DNA of 51,456 bases, filler included, from Jimgerdemannia flammicorona (taxonomy: Eukaryota): the NCBI GenBank assembly GCA_003990765.1. It is 2 parts of 2 records of this genome, joined end to end, with 100 filler letters (N's around TTAATTAATTAA, not from the genome) between each part and the next. Parts side by side here need not be neighbours in the genome. Positions count along the whole stretch, not along the records: positions 1 to 25,686 come from RBNJ01000804.1; 1 more part is not named here. One strand, written 5' to 3'. The translations under genes were made by a program, and so were the position numbers. Of this stretch, positions 11,591 through 23,682 are shown piece by piece (position 1 is the stretch's first letter; every line of letters begins with the position of its first letter). The notes below the pieces were generated by a model. The model saw only the letters and a program-made list of their open reading frames with translations. It made no database searches and was not told the DNA's origin.

Positions 11591-13211
11591 AACTTGGTAG
11601 TTTTAGTTATTGGAATTTATATTTAGCTTTATATCTTAGCAACCATTGAATTATATTTTGTATAAATACTCCTCTTATTTCCTTTGAAATAAAGTCAGTT
11701 CCGGTTTCACTTACACACACTTCCTTGCAAGCAATCTAAGAGATAACAAGACAGTTAAAGATAAGAAGTTTGAGGACTATAAGACCTTGGGAAGGCACTC
11801 CAATAAGAACTTGCTTATAACAACTTGAGTTAGTCTAAGAGATATACCTTGAAGAGAATCTGGCATATTTGAAGGACTCAGCGACCACTATGTGACAATA
11901 TATATTTAACTTTGATTATTTTCTCTCTAAACCTCTTAGTATCTCTTTATTACTATAATTTATATTATAAATATTAATAAGATTGTGCTTAATTAATAAA
12001 TTAAAATATAAAATAAAATATATAATATTATTTGATTTTTTAATATAATTTTTCAAATCCTCTACTTTAGCAATCTTGTAGATAATCATATTATTATTTT
12101 GATATTAGTTTATTTAGTTTATATTTAAATAGCTAATAAAAAAAAATATATATGATATAATTTAACAAAATTATATCAATAAGATAAAGCTTTATATTTA
12201 AATTATAAGCAAAATTCTCTATAATGACCTATATTCATATTAAATTTTATGATAATATTAAACTTTCTAGATAAAGTCTGAGAGCCTCTATAATTTATTT
12301 TTAACTTTAATTAAAAGTTATTTTTTAATTATTTTCAATATTTAAGCTTTGTTATTCCAGTTTGAAAAGAAACAAATCTTTTAGCATAGACAGTGTGAAT
12401 GACTTGGCTCAATCTGAATTTTTTAATACATATCTTTATATAATATGGCACAGATACTGAATTGGACAAAACTTGTATCTCACATATGGGCAATCGGGTT
12501 TGCAAATTTTATTTGGTTGAGAAATCATCCAATCATATAAGGTTAGAATTTTATTTACATTTTCTTATTTTTGAAATATACACCTCTAAAATACTTTCAT
12601 TTATTTATTTCATATTTTTTAACGACCAATGGGTGAGGTTTTGGGGAGTACAGTTCACAACCACCGTCTTATGAACATGCATAAAGGGTACCGGGTTCTT
12701 GGTTCGCCTCCTTGTTATTGATCCTAGGGCATATCGTGGCAGAAAGCATCTCGCCAGGGGTTGTTGGTGAGGCTGATGAATTTTTAAGATACGTATTTGG
12801 TATTTATGCTTTTGTTACAGTTTATTTATTTTATTTTTATTTTTATTTTTTTCGTAAAGGTACAGAACGATTGTGGGTTTCCCTGTCAGAGAAAGGAGAA
12901 TGACCGTTCTTAATACAACAAATCCAATTAATAGCTAGGATAAAAACGGTTCAGTATGATGCCTGCATACATTGAATACAGGGTGAGCCGAAGGATGGCG
13001 CAAATTATCGAGGAATTCAAAGGAAAAAGGAAGAATTAGAAGACAGGATTATCTGCACGTCCTTGGAATGTTAACGAGCTATCTCTTCCAGGCCGGTGAG
13101 CACACTAAGTGGTCAAAGAGCCATGCGCTGTCTCTTTCAGCCAGTCAGTCAGATCAGTCTCAAATAAAATTGCCGGGCGTAACATTACTCGTCCTGCCCA
13201 AATAACGGAAG

Positions 13212-13243
<32 letters not shown>

Positions 13244-13246
13244 TAG

Positions 13247-13281
13247 TGCGTAAGGCCGGGAATCGAACCCAGCTACCTCCT
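13247..13281 (-). tRNA. tRNA-like 3' fragment (Gly-like T-arm and acceptor 3' strand); pseudogene or partial
   Basis: Minus strand GGAGGTAGCTGGGTTCGATTCCCGGCCTTACGCA (B-box GGTTCGATTCC), followed 6 nt later by a long T run. No matching 5' half (GCGTAAG, D-arm) is visible nearby. Confidence 0.5.
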
Positions 13282-13825
13282 CCGGGAATTGAAACCATCC
13301 ATCATCGGAGGCAATTTATGATAAATTGGCTGAGACGGTATAAATTTTGATCAAGTGACGCATTTTCGGTCCTTTTGACATGGAGTCTCCGAAACATGGG
13401 TGATGTCACTGTCAGCTGAGCAAAACAAAAAGAACAAAGCCACAACAGCTTTAAAGATGCACCGCTGAAAAACTATCAAACTGCATCACGGGTGACTTAA
13501 CTGTATAAGCGAGTAAGTGCACAAAATCGGCAAGCGCGACCCAGATTGCGAGACGACGATGATGTAGCAACGATGCGTGAACATTTTCAGGACAGATGGA
13601 CAAGGGCACTTTCCCTAAGTCGTCTCCTTTAAGGCGATCAGCGCAAGTACTCTTCGGTCATGTAGTATGTACGTATTTACTAGTCCACGCGTTAATCTAC
13701 TATTAAAATCGGGTCTTTAATCTTATTGAAATCGTGGCACAATTCCCTTGAACGGATTGCAGCTTCTGACAATTAAAATAAGTCCGCTGATGAATTAATT
13801 AAAAGCTTCCCAAGACGTATTAGCC

Positions 13826-13987
13826 TCCCCGTCCCCTGCCCCGTCTCAGTGGTCATGTCCTGGTCGTCGTCCCCGTCCCCGGCCATCCCCGTCCCCGGCA
13901 TCCTGGACGCCGTCCCCGTCCCCGGCGTCCTGTCGCCGTCCCCGTCCCCGGCGCCGTTCAGGTCGCTGTCCCCCGTCCTGGTCACTG
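13826..13987. repeat. GC-rich CCCCGTCCCCG micro-repeat array, possibly one end of a hAT-like element
   Basis: Repeated CCCCGTCCCC(G) units ending in GTCCTGGTCACTG (CAGTGACCAGGAC on the minus strand, a CAG-start TIR-like end). No partner end found. Confidence 0.5.
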
Positions 13988-15056
13988 AAATTACTGAAAT
14001 CTGATGATGCTATAGCCAACAAATTTCATTAAAAAATTGCCTGGCCTAACAGACGTACTTGGTAAGCTGTCAATCTCTACTGGTGCTCTGTCCTTCGGAG
14101 ACGTTGCAGGCTCGTGATGCCATTCATGTGCGGAAACATTTGTGATGGCGTCACCGTCGTGTTACACACAATTTCTGGTCTCCAACGGCACTGGGGTCCG
14201 GGTACTGTCCAGCCGGCCACTTAAATGAAGCGGCATGCTAAAGCCCCACACTCTCTTTATTTTTTCCGCGTGGTTTCTGTTTATCAATCTTTTGGAAAAT
14301 TAAATATAACTTTAAACAAAATGCTAATCCTCGCGAAATACCATCCATCAACTAATAGCTTAATGAAAAAATCTACATCAAGTATATGGCACTCTGCTCC
14401 TTCGTTTAAATCAACGCCTCCCTGCCAGTTCTATTATACAATGGAATTGTACACCGTTCCCAACTTTGACTACCGTGCGAGAGGAAACAACAAGATCGAA
14501 CGATATTCTCAAGCTGTTGATGTAGACAAGTGGTAAGGTAGCAGCGATAGTTGAGTTAAAGCAGGTGCAGCAAACCCTGTATGGGCAAGAATAGTTTGAA
14601 TTGAGGGCTATCATGAGTGCATTTGAAGACTACCAGCCGTCTATTGTATTGGTGGCTATGAAATTGTGTATGAGATGTTAACGTTTGTTGCACTAATTTG
14701 CATGATACGGATCCAAAACAAGGTGGTCGGTGATGCGAAGCTCACTAACAGTGCGCATTCTACTCGGCTCCATATCTTGGTAATGCGTGTCAAAAAAATT
14801 TCTTGTTCGTTTGCTTCATGGGTAAAGAACGGAAAGAAAATGATTTGAAATGGAACTCAAAGACAAGCCATCAGGAAATATGGTGGATTTCAACTACACA
14901 TGAAATATTATGGAAGTGACATGTGAAAATGTAGATGCGATAATAGATGTTGACCGGAAAGATAAAGTGAACATATGATAATACAGATGTTCCCATCTGA
15001 ATGATAATGATATATATTTTTCATGCATGCGTTGGACGTTAATGCTATATATGCGA

Positions 15057-16048
15057 AAGTGCCCTTTGTATGGAATTCCCGCACCTATTGTATATTTGAT
15101 TTTTCAAAAATCACAAGGATGAGAGAAATTTTATATTGAAAGTCGGACTCTTATAGGTGAATCGGATCCACATCAGTGATTGATTATAACTCTCATATTA
15201 CAAGATAATCGATTTCTCCACCGTACAAGTGCCCTTTGTATGGATTTCTCGCCAACCTTTGTACATTTGATCATTCAAAATCTCGGTGCTGACGGAATTT
15301 TAAAAGTTGAGGTCTGTAAGTAGAACCTGATAAACATCAGTAAATAATTCATAATTCTCATCCTTCAAAGGAAGCAGTATCTCTATAGCGAGCGGCACCG
15401 CTGGAATCCGTTTATAATAGGGTGAAAAATTCTTCATACCCATCCACCCTTGTTCAATTCCCATTCCCCAACATGCTCATCGTTACACTCATCCTGTTCT
15501 GTGCTATACTGCTCACCGTCGTTCGACCTGGTTTTGGACAATGAAATTGACCTATCTGTGGACCGTAATTTTTCGTTCACGAAGATGCGTGCCTCATCAT
15601 CCATGTCATAAATCATTATTCAAGACCAGATGGTAGTTCCACATGCACCAGTCCGGATAGGACCTTTTGTGGTAGTACCGTGGTTGGATGGTGCTCTCTA
15701 ATTTTCGGCAATCAAATCGTCTTTCTTATCTCGTTTTGTTCTAATTTCCAGTTTGCACTCTAATTTCCATCACCGGGCTCAAACCCAACAGGCTGCGAAC
15801 CTTGTGGCTACGAAACATTCCACTGTCTCTTTTTGGCTCACACACTCGAGATATCCATACTTTTTTTCAACTTTGACGCATTTTCGGCGTGCTGCAAAGG
15901 GCGATATAGGCCTGATTCAACATTAGGAACACTTGCTTCCCTAAAATCCCTGCGATAGAGTTCAAAATTCAAGGACCCAAATCGTCAAACCAGCCAAACA
16001 CGCCAAGGTATCCACTTCTAGAAGAAGGAAACCAGCCAAAGCGGGTCG

Positions 16049-16087
<39 letters not shown>

Positions 16088-16925
16088 AAAATCGAGGACG
16101 GGCGGGTAAAAAAGCTCCGCCAAGCGGAACTGTAACGTTTCCCTTGGGCTCATGGTTGTTGCGAATAAAAGAAAAAATCTCGAATTTGAGCGCAAGATTT
16201 TCGCAAAGGTGTTATCACATAATTACAGTCTTGCGCGGTGTGTCGGGAAAACGCCGTTGGTTACCTAAGCACACGGACTGTCTACGCAAATCTCCGTCCC
16301 AATACATGGGCGCATGTTCCGAGCCTGTCAACATTCTTGGTATAATGCAAAGGGAGCGCTGACATGTTCCTATTATGGATCATAAAGGCAGGCATAGACG
16401 CCTCTTTTTGTATATTTGCGAACCACCGGTTTTGACTACTTATGTCATTGTTAGTAATGGACTTACGTCCAAGTTTCACCGTCACGTTCTATTTCACGGC
16501 CATCCCACCACGTCGTCAGCTTCTGTAGCGCTTCGATCACAGAATTTCACCAAGTGCGATATGTGAACCGATGCCCAGGTCGCGACGGGGACGTCGCTGA
16601 CGATGGCGATGACTCATACTTGTTGAACAGGAGTGATGAAGGTTGCTCGTCTGGTCATATACTGAGATGGGGGGGGGATTCCAGATGGATTCAGTTACCC
16701 ATTAGGTAATGAAATGATAGTGGAACCGGAGTGAATGAGGGTCAGACGACCCACGAGCATCTTTCAATGAATTGAGCGCTCTTTTAAGTAATAATGACCA
16801 AGGATACTGGGCCCTTGAGTATTGTTGTCTTCGTTCCTTCTTCAATCTTCATGCACACAATTACCTTTCACCAGGATCTCCCTTAAAGCGAATCTTATTT
16901 TTGGTCATAGGATGGGCAAGTTTAC
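15057..16925 (+). repeat. Diverged local duplication, copy 1
   Basis: Colinear shared blocks with 18080-20060: CCCTTTGTATG..ATTCCC, TTCATACCCATCCA..CTTGTTCA, TTTGCACTCTAATTTCCATC..CAGGCTGCGAACCTTGTG, GCCAAAGCGGGTCGT, GTCTTGCGCGGTG..TCGGGAAAACG, GATGGCGATGACTCA, CTTTCACCAG.ATCTC. Also an internal ~170-bp repeat (15057 and 15227). Confidence 0.85.
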
Positions 16926-18079
16926 GAAATCAGTGAGGTGATAAATCTGGTAAGGAGGTCAAAGTTGTTCATGCACATCTGCCTCATGTCCCAGATGCAG
17001 CACAATAGCCATGAGGTTTGCTGAGGGTGTTGACAGTATTGATCCGGAATTATGTACAAAGACCAGTGAGTATCTGGCATAAATATGACTGTTATCAAAA
17101 ACGATGAGAAGACCTTTGGACCAAAAGATATTATAAAAAAAATACAACAGATAGTTGTGGATAATATTGATAATTGAGAAGACAACAACAAGAATTTGGC
17201 GATGCCTATAGAGGCTATATATGAGGCAGGTTTGGATCTCATTTATAGTGATGATATGAATGAGGGTGCAGTTGAAACTGATGCATCAGGTACCATTTTG
17301 AGGGCTGGTCAATTGGGAAGCTGATGTTATCAACTTTCACTGCAGGATGATATTTCCTTCATCTGGCAGTTGAGAACATTGGCCACGTGGGAAGAGGCGT
17401 GATGTGACGACTGCGGTATCTGTGATAGGATGAAATGTAGAGTGGAGAAATTGACAAATTACTTCCAATGATGGATAAATACCATCAATCATCTAATCAG
17501 CATACATGAAAATATTTCCTCACGTACAGGACATCCTCCTCCATCATTTGATAGATGCCTCCCTCCCGGTCTGATTGCACGACGATCTTACACCCTTCCG
17601 AATGTTGACTAACGTGCGAGCAGTAAGACAACAAACTCAAACGTAATGGCAGAAATAATGGGTTAATGTGGGGTAAGCGAACCTTTTGGTACACATAGGA
17701 ATTGTTTTGTTGATGGTGAATGATGGAATAGTATTGAGAACCATCGTGTGTGCATGTGCGGGAGTTCGAGGCTCATGCCGAAGGTGGTGGTGGTAGATAG
17801 GACGTTTGTGAACAGAGCACCCTCTAAAAAGACTTGGGCAAATGAGGCAAATATAGACCACAGGGAAATATGGTGCACGATACTCAGTCAAAGCGTCACG
17901 TCAAGCTGCATTGAGAAAATAGCTGTTGATCAACAAGACAAGGAGATAAAATATACCAATCAATACAATGACATGTGCGATATATACGATGGGCTATGTT
18001 TCATTCTATGTAAAAATCATTAGAACGGCCATATCATTTTTACTAGCTCAAAACATACTACATTGTATTGAATTCTCAC

Positions 18080-20060
18080 ACCCTTTGTATGAAATTCCCA
18101 CACCCTTGTACATTTGATCTGATGCTGTCGCAGAAATTTCAAAGATTACACAAATAATCGAATTTTTGAATTAGAGATGAAATATTAAAGTGGGAAGCTG
18201 ATCCACATCAGCCATTGATTCATTATTATTTCTCCACAGCAAGCCGAACGGCTTGGAATCCGTTAAATAAGGCCACAAGATTCTTCATACCCATCCATCC
18301 TTGTTCAGTTCCCATTCGCCAATATGCTCTTCATCGCGCTATACCTGCCCGTTCTTTTCCTGGTCGCCCTCGTCCGAGCATTGGATTTCGGATGTAGGTG
18401 ACCTATCCATGGGCTCTGATATTCCGATTGAATAACGTGCCTCACAATCCATGTAACAAATCGTTATTCAGGCTCAGATAATCTTGCCTCATGTACCGGT
18501 CCTAGTGGACCCTGTGGTACAACCAAGGTTGGGTTCTGCTTTCTAACTTTAGGCAAGCAAATTGTCATTCCTATCTCCTTTTTGTTCTATTTTCCGGTTT
18601 GCACTCTAATTTCCATCCCCCTGCTCCAATCCTACAGGCTGCGAACCTTGTGTAACAGAAACTGGCTTCAATGTCAACTGGTAAGGATTTATGATGCGAT
18701 TCAGTTACAGTACACTCTGTTTTTCTCACTCGCTCGAGTTATCCAAACTCCGTTTCAGCAATGATGCGTTTCCATCGTGCTGCCAAGATCAATGTAAGCC
18801 TCAATCCGCAATACAAGGGGCATCTCTCGCAAGAAAGATCCCAGTAAAACCGGCCAAAAAGCAAAAAGTCCAACCCACCAAACCGGCCAAAAAACCAGGA
18901 TTCAAACCCGTCAAACCAGCTAAGGGACCCACTCCTGCGGGAAAGAAGCCGGCCAAAGCGGGTCGTAAGGGAATCAAACCAAAATCAAAGGTTTCCGCGT
19001 AAAAAACATCAACCAAGCGGAATTGTAATACTTCCCTTGAATTCACGGCTGTTGCAAGGTGTTTACAGTCCCTCTGAAGCATTGTCGGTTTTACGTGTGC
19101 AAATTTTTACCAATATCATGTAGCTCAAAATACTCAACTTAGGAATAAAGGAAAAATCGCGAACTCGAGCGCCGAGACGTTATCACATACGGTCTTGCGC
19201 GGTGGATCGGGAAAACGTCTCTGGTTACCTCAACGCGTGAACTGCACCTATATGCATATCTCTGTCAAAATAGTTCGTTGTAAGTTCTGAGCCTGTTCAC
19301 CTTTTGTTCTTGGCTTAGTCCGAAGGAAGTCCTGGTAAGACCGGTATAGGTGCCTCATTTTGTTTACTTCTCTTTTTTTTTTTAGCAACCATGGGTTTGG
19401 CTTTTTTTTTCTTACAAATAGGCAAGTGGGTTCGCCTTCATATTATAATTCACACTCCGCATCAAGCTATTTTTTAACCACTACATCCACAGAATTTTAC
19501 CAACTGGGGACGGCGCCGACGAACAAAAATACAGAAATGCCCTGGTACCGAGAACGAAGGGGGGGAGAATTTGCGATGATGTTTTGCGGTGGGCAAGACT
19601 GGGGTGTAAGAAAATATTTCAAAATACCCTTTTCAGGGGTTGATAGGCTCTGGATATCAGATATTTTCGTGTCTACGACATGAAAAAGTGTGATGGCGAT
19701 GACTCAAAGTCATTGAAGATGAATGGTGAGCATTGCTCTTTTGATACAGCCGATGATAGGGGTATTTCATAACGCGTGCACTTACATGGATTAGGTTACT
19801 CAATAGGTTTGATTCTAGTTGTAATGCAAGGGTAGCGCACATGCACGCGGAGCCAGAGAAAGCAGAACCAGGCGAACCACGAGTGTCCATCCCCATATAA
19901 TATGATGACGTGTGAGCTTTATTCAGTAATAATGATGGAAGATACTCGGCCCTTGTGCGTTATTGCTTTCGTTCACCCTTCAAGCCTTGTGCAAAAAATT
20001 ATCTTTCACCAGAATCTCTCCCTAAATGTACTTCATCGTTGTCCTGAGGATGGACAAGCG
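18080..20060 (+). repeat. Diverged local duplication, copy 2
   Basis: Same blocks in the same order as copy 1, offset by about 3 kb. Confidence 0.85.
18691..19002 (+). CDS. Putative small Lys/Pro/Ala-rich basic protein (KPAK repeats); start uncertain
   Basis: KIPVKPAKKQKVQPTKPAKKPGFKPVKPAKGPTPAGKKPAKAGRKGIKPKSKVSA*. The paralogous frame in copy 1 (IVKPAKHAKVSTSRRRKPAKAGRS-Kn-TKSRTGG*) ends at the homologous TAA (16107-16109). Confidence 0.4.
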   Translation: MMRFSYSTLCFSHSLELSKLRFSNDAFPSCCQDQCKPQSAIQGASLARKIPVKPAKKQKVQPTKPAKKPGFKPVKPAKGPTPAGKKPAKAGRKGIKPKSKVSA

Positions 20061-20711
20061 CCCGTATCTCTCGGTGTCAGTGGGTAAGGTGGCGGGGGGT
20101 GCTTGAATCATTAATAACGTATCGAAATGCTTTGTAGAATCGTTGAAGGTTCGGAAGTTGAGAGTTTCCATCTCCATGTAGGTAATGGAAAATGAAAAAT
20201 TATAACATGTTGGCCATATTCCACGCTCTGGAATCTTTGGTCATGAAGAAATGTATTCAATGATGCAATTGATTTTTATTCGTCCACAATATTAAAACAG
20301 CATTTACAAAAGTGAAATGCCACACAATTGCGCTCAATAACTGCTTCCCTCTACTGTAACCTGTGCTTTCCCTCCCTCCCCGGGCCGATGCATTTGACGC
20401 AAAATTTCCACCTACCTACTCTGCAGGCTCGGATACTACCTCCAATGTGTCGACCTTTGCTTGCTCCTTCTCCTTCAATATCCCGCCAAGCTGAAGAATC
20501 TTCTACGAGATAGACGCTTCTACGTCGAACTGAAACTCGTTACAGTCATAGCAAGCTGAAGGCGCTGCTCAGCGCAGTCATTAATGAAAATCTTAAAATG
20601 CGTTCCGTCATCGGCACGGCCTGGCTTCTCACGAGCCGAAAGAGAATGTAGCGGTGAGGAGTTTTATACATGCCTTTGTTTGCGGTTTGTTTGTGGTCAA
20701 GGATAGGCGTT

Positions 20712-20742
<31 letters not shown>

Positions 20743-22859
20743 GGCCCGGATAGCGACAACCGATATCGCTTCCAATTTGAGTCGTTGCGGACCCTGTCCC
20801 CCAAAATATATAACTCATACTGCAACATCCACCCATACACGCTTTGTTATCCCTCACAAACCATGCGAGCTGCTCGTTGAAAGCCTACAGTGCTACCCGT
20901 TCCGGGTTCCATTTTCCCGCGTCCGTCTCGAGAGGGACTTTATGCATATGGGGGGCATTGTGGCATGTGTTGAGTGGAAGCTAGAAGACCGAAGTCGAGT
21001 AGATGCAGTGGAACGAGCGCGGATCGTAAGAGTCGCTGGGCGAGGAGTTGGCGGGTCGGCGGAATCAGCGGAGAGAGTATAAAAGGAGCCGTCGTCGTCC
21101 TCTTTCTCACTGTCGCCCTTTTCATCCTTGTCTACGAAAATCAGTTCGGAGAAATGTCAGTAGAATTGATCACACTTGTCGAGGTCCAGAATAAGCTCAT
21201 CACATCCTTGCACGCCTCTGGTTCTAGAGCACGGCGACGACTAAATGTCCACCAGCAAGCCGATATTTCCGCATACCGCGCGAACTTCCAGACAGCCTCT
21301 CAACACACGCTATTTGCATTTACTAAGGATCGTCAACCGCTTCGATCCCCGAAAGCTGACGAATTTACCCGCGGTCAATGTGGGCAATAGACAGGTCCAA
21401 ATGAGTATTGAAAAAATCGAAATGGTGCATATGCTGCGGTACAATGGATGAGACGTCGAGGTGATTCGAAGCACAGAGGCATGCGGGAAACTTCCGGTAG
21501 GTTACCCAAGGGGACGGACCAGTCTTTGAAGTAACATTTCGCGAGTTGGAGGTCTGTTTCTCGTCTGTGACGCAGAATATGGTGTGGCGTACAAATATGT
21601 ACAGCTCAATGTGCCAGAGACGTTATTAGCGTCGTCCCTGTCAGTTATGTGAATATAGCGGACACGGTTCTGGCAACAAAGTCGATTTGAGCGCCGTTTG
21701 ATTTGTGCGATAGGACGTTCGTATGTCGGGCTTCAGACTTGCGCCCGTTCGAGTTTTGCGGACGGTTCGTGTGTGTGGAATAAAGGATACAACCGCCGAT
21801 GGCTGTTCTGCGTGTGCAAGAATTACGCAGCGGAGTTACCACGCCGTTCGCTCGCGAACAATCCGAATTTATCATAAAAGGCACGAATGTCGGAGCTTGA
21901 ATCCCGCAAATTTCGATCGACTTTTATGCAGCGCCTGCTATCGTCACTGTCATTTCGGGGCTCCTCTTCCAGTAATGATCTGGGACAGGGGGCGGGTCGA
22001 CAGAGACAAAATTGGAGACCCGTGTGCTGTGCGACATTTGTTGGTTGTGTGGCTTGTGGCTTGCCATCATATATTTATATCTTTCAATTATCAGGTTATT
22101 TAATTGCACCTAGACTCTTCGCTGAGTTTGGTGGGATAACTGCAAGTTCTCCTACAAGCTTTGCCGCAACTCCGCGGAGTGACTAGATGTTCGGGTTGTG
22201 ACCAGAAGTTCTGCGGCGCGGAGCATTTCACGGAATGGTGAAAGTGCTAAGTGGAATATATATTTTGGGACGATATTTCCAAAAATATGCGGAAAAGACG
22301 GGGCGTTTCAATATTATTATTTTATATGCAACATCTAGACTTCATTTACTCCACCTTTACGTCATACGTCTATTTAACAAAACCTACCTCAGGGGGAGGT
22401 TTTTTTTTTGGTAACAATTTGTTTTATTGGAGATCAGACTTACTTGTAATTGCAGGAGCGGATTCTTTTTTTTTTTTTTTTTTTTTTTTTTAATAAAAAA
22501 AAGCAGAGCGGTGGAGTAAAGAACTGGCAACCGAAATCAGGATGCAGTTGTGCCACACACCACCTTTATTTCCTTGATATGTTCGATAGGAAGGTGTCGG
22601 ACAACATATCCTCTAGTTTGAGATATCCGCTCTTGACTTGGACATTGCTGCGTCATAGGAATGTGGAACCGAAATTTCGGCGCCGATTTTATCAGATCTC
22701 CAAAAATTGATAAACCAAAATGGGACCAGGTCAAGCCTTATTTGAACTTTCGGCTTAGGTAATAGTCACGTTAGATCAGCCTAGAGATCTTCGCGAACTT
22801 ATAAAAATGCCCTTGTTGCAGAAAACTATTGTTGGCACACAACGAACTTACTCAAATAA

Positions 22860-23682
22860 ATGGACACATATCAATTCTTTAACGAAACACCACAATACAG
22901 TCTCAGCCACCCTTCGGGAAAAGGCAAACCAACGAAGCAGCGTTGCAACAACTGCGACAAGAGCAGGAAGTTTTGCGACAAAAAGGATCCCTGTTCAAGA
23001 TGCCGAGGCCTCGGAAGAAATTGCTCGTACGACCGCTCCAACATGACGAAGGTTCTGCCATCGCCATTAGCAACGGAAGAATGGGCCACAGAAGAAAGGG
23101 CCAGAAAAAGACAAAATACTGATCATGGTATGTCCAAAGTTCTTATATTGACAGATATCTCTATAATGCACTATATATTATATCGTGCTTACAGAAAAAA
23201 CATTGTGTCTCCTATAAATTATGACTTCGGAATGGACAGATCACGAAGATAACGGAAATGATTTCATGTTCGGTTCAAACATCCAGGACCTGGCTGAGAT
23301 GATCAGGCAGCTCCAACAACTACGATCACGTAACATCGAATTGGAGACAGACAAGGGCAAATTCGACCAGCTTGTGGCGCGCAACCTGCTACTGGAGCTC
23401 GAGAAAGAAAGTCATACCGCCAATCTGAATAAACTTTCGAAGCGTGAAAAAGAGCTCGTCGAAAGCAACCTGCTGTTAGATGTCGAGAATGAAACTCACA
23501 TCGCCGAGTTGAACAAGCTTTCGAAGCGCAACAAAGAGCTCAAATCCGAGGTGCGCAAGAGCCAACAAGAGATAAACCGTTTGTTGGCGAGGAATCAGGA
23601 ATTGGAGACCGAGCTCGAGAGACACAAGCTGGAGTTAGAAGTCGTCGGATCTTATGATACGGAATTGGATGCTGGAGGCTAA
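22860..23682 (+). CDS. Fungal Zn(II)2Cys6 binuclear-cluster protein with a coiled-coil C-terminus; probable intron 23128-23194; possibly disrupted
   Basis: CNNCDKSRKFCDKKDPCSRCRGLGRNC fits CX2CX6CX5CX2CX6C. GTATGT...CTTACAG intron. The spliced frame joins ORF 23221-23682 (heptad-rich, 28-aa repeat) but crosses a TAA at 23215. Confidence 0.75.

Larger units (their letters stand above)
10357..11897 (+). mobile_element. Solo LTR (1541 bp) containing a long ORF
   Basis: Starts TGTAATGG, ends TGTGACA, flanked by ATAT(AT) on both sides. Sharp GC increase against the AT-rich flanks. TATAAATA at 11661 and AATAAA at 11688, the same close spacing seen in the other LTRs here. Confidence 0.78.
7942..12400 (-). 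mobile_element. Old, very AT-rich LTR-retrotransposon relic (LTR 3' end at 9369, PBS-like site, unidentified internal region); outer boundary approximate
   Basis: The reverse complement of ~9345-9830 aligns by eye with the Gypsy LTR/PBS at ~33290-33785 (ACTTATATAAATATC...AAAYCTCAGAT; TTACA ACTT...TTGGCTGATGATTT). Interrupted by the Copia and by the solo LTR. Confidence 0.65.

Noticed and set aside
16930..18020. Coding-like fragments between the two duplicated blocks
   Set aside because: Short broken frames on both strands with no family I can identify.
20546..22710. ORFs with poly-Phe or poly-Lys tracts
   Set aside because: They arise from T/A homopolymer runs and have no other coding support.
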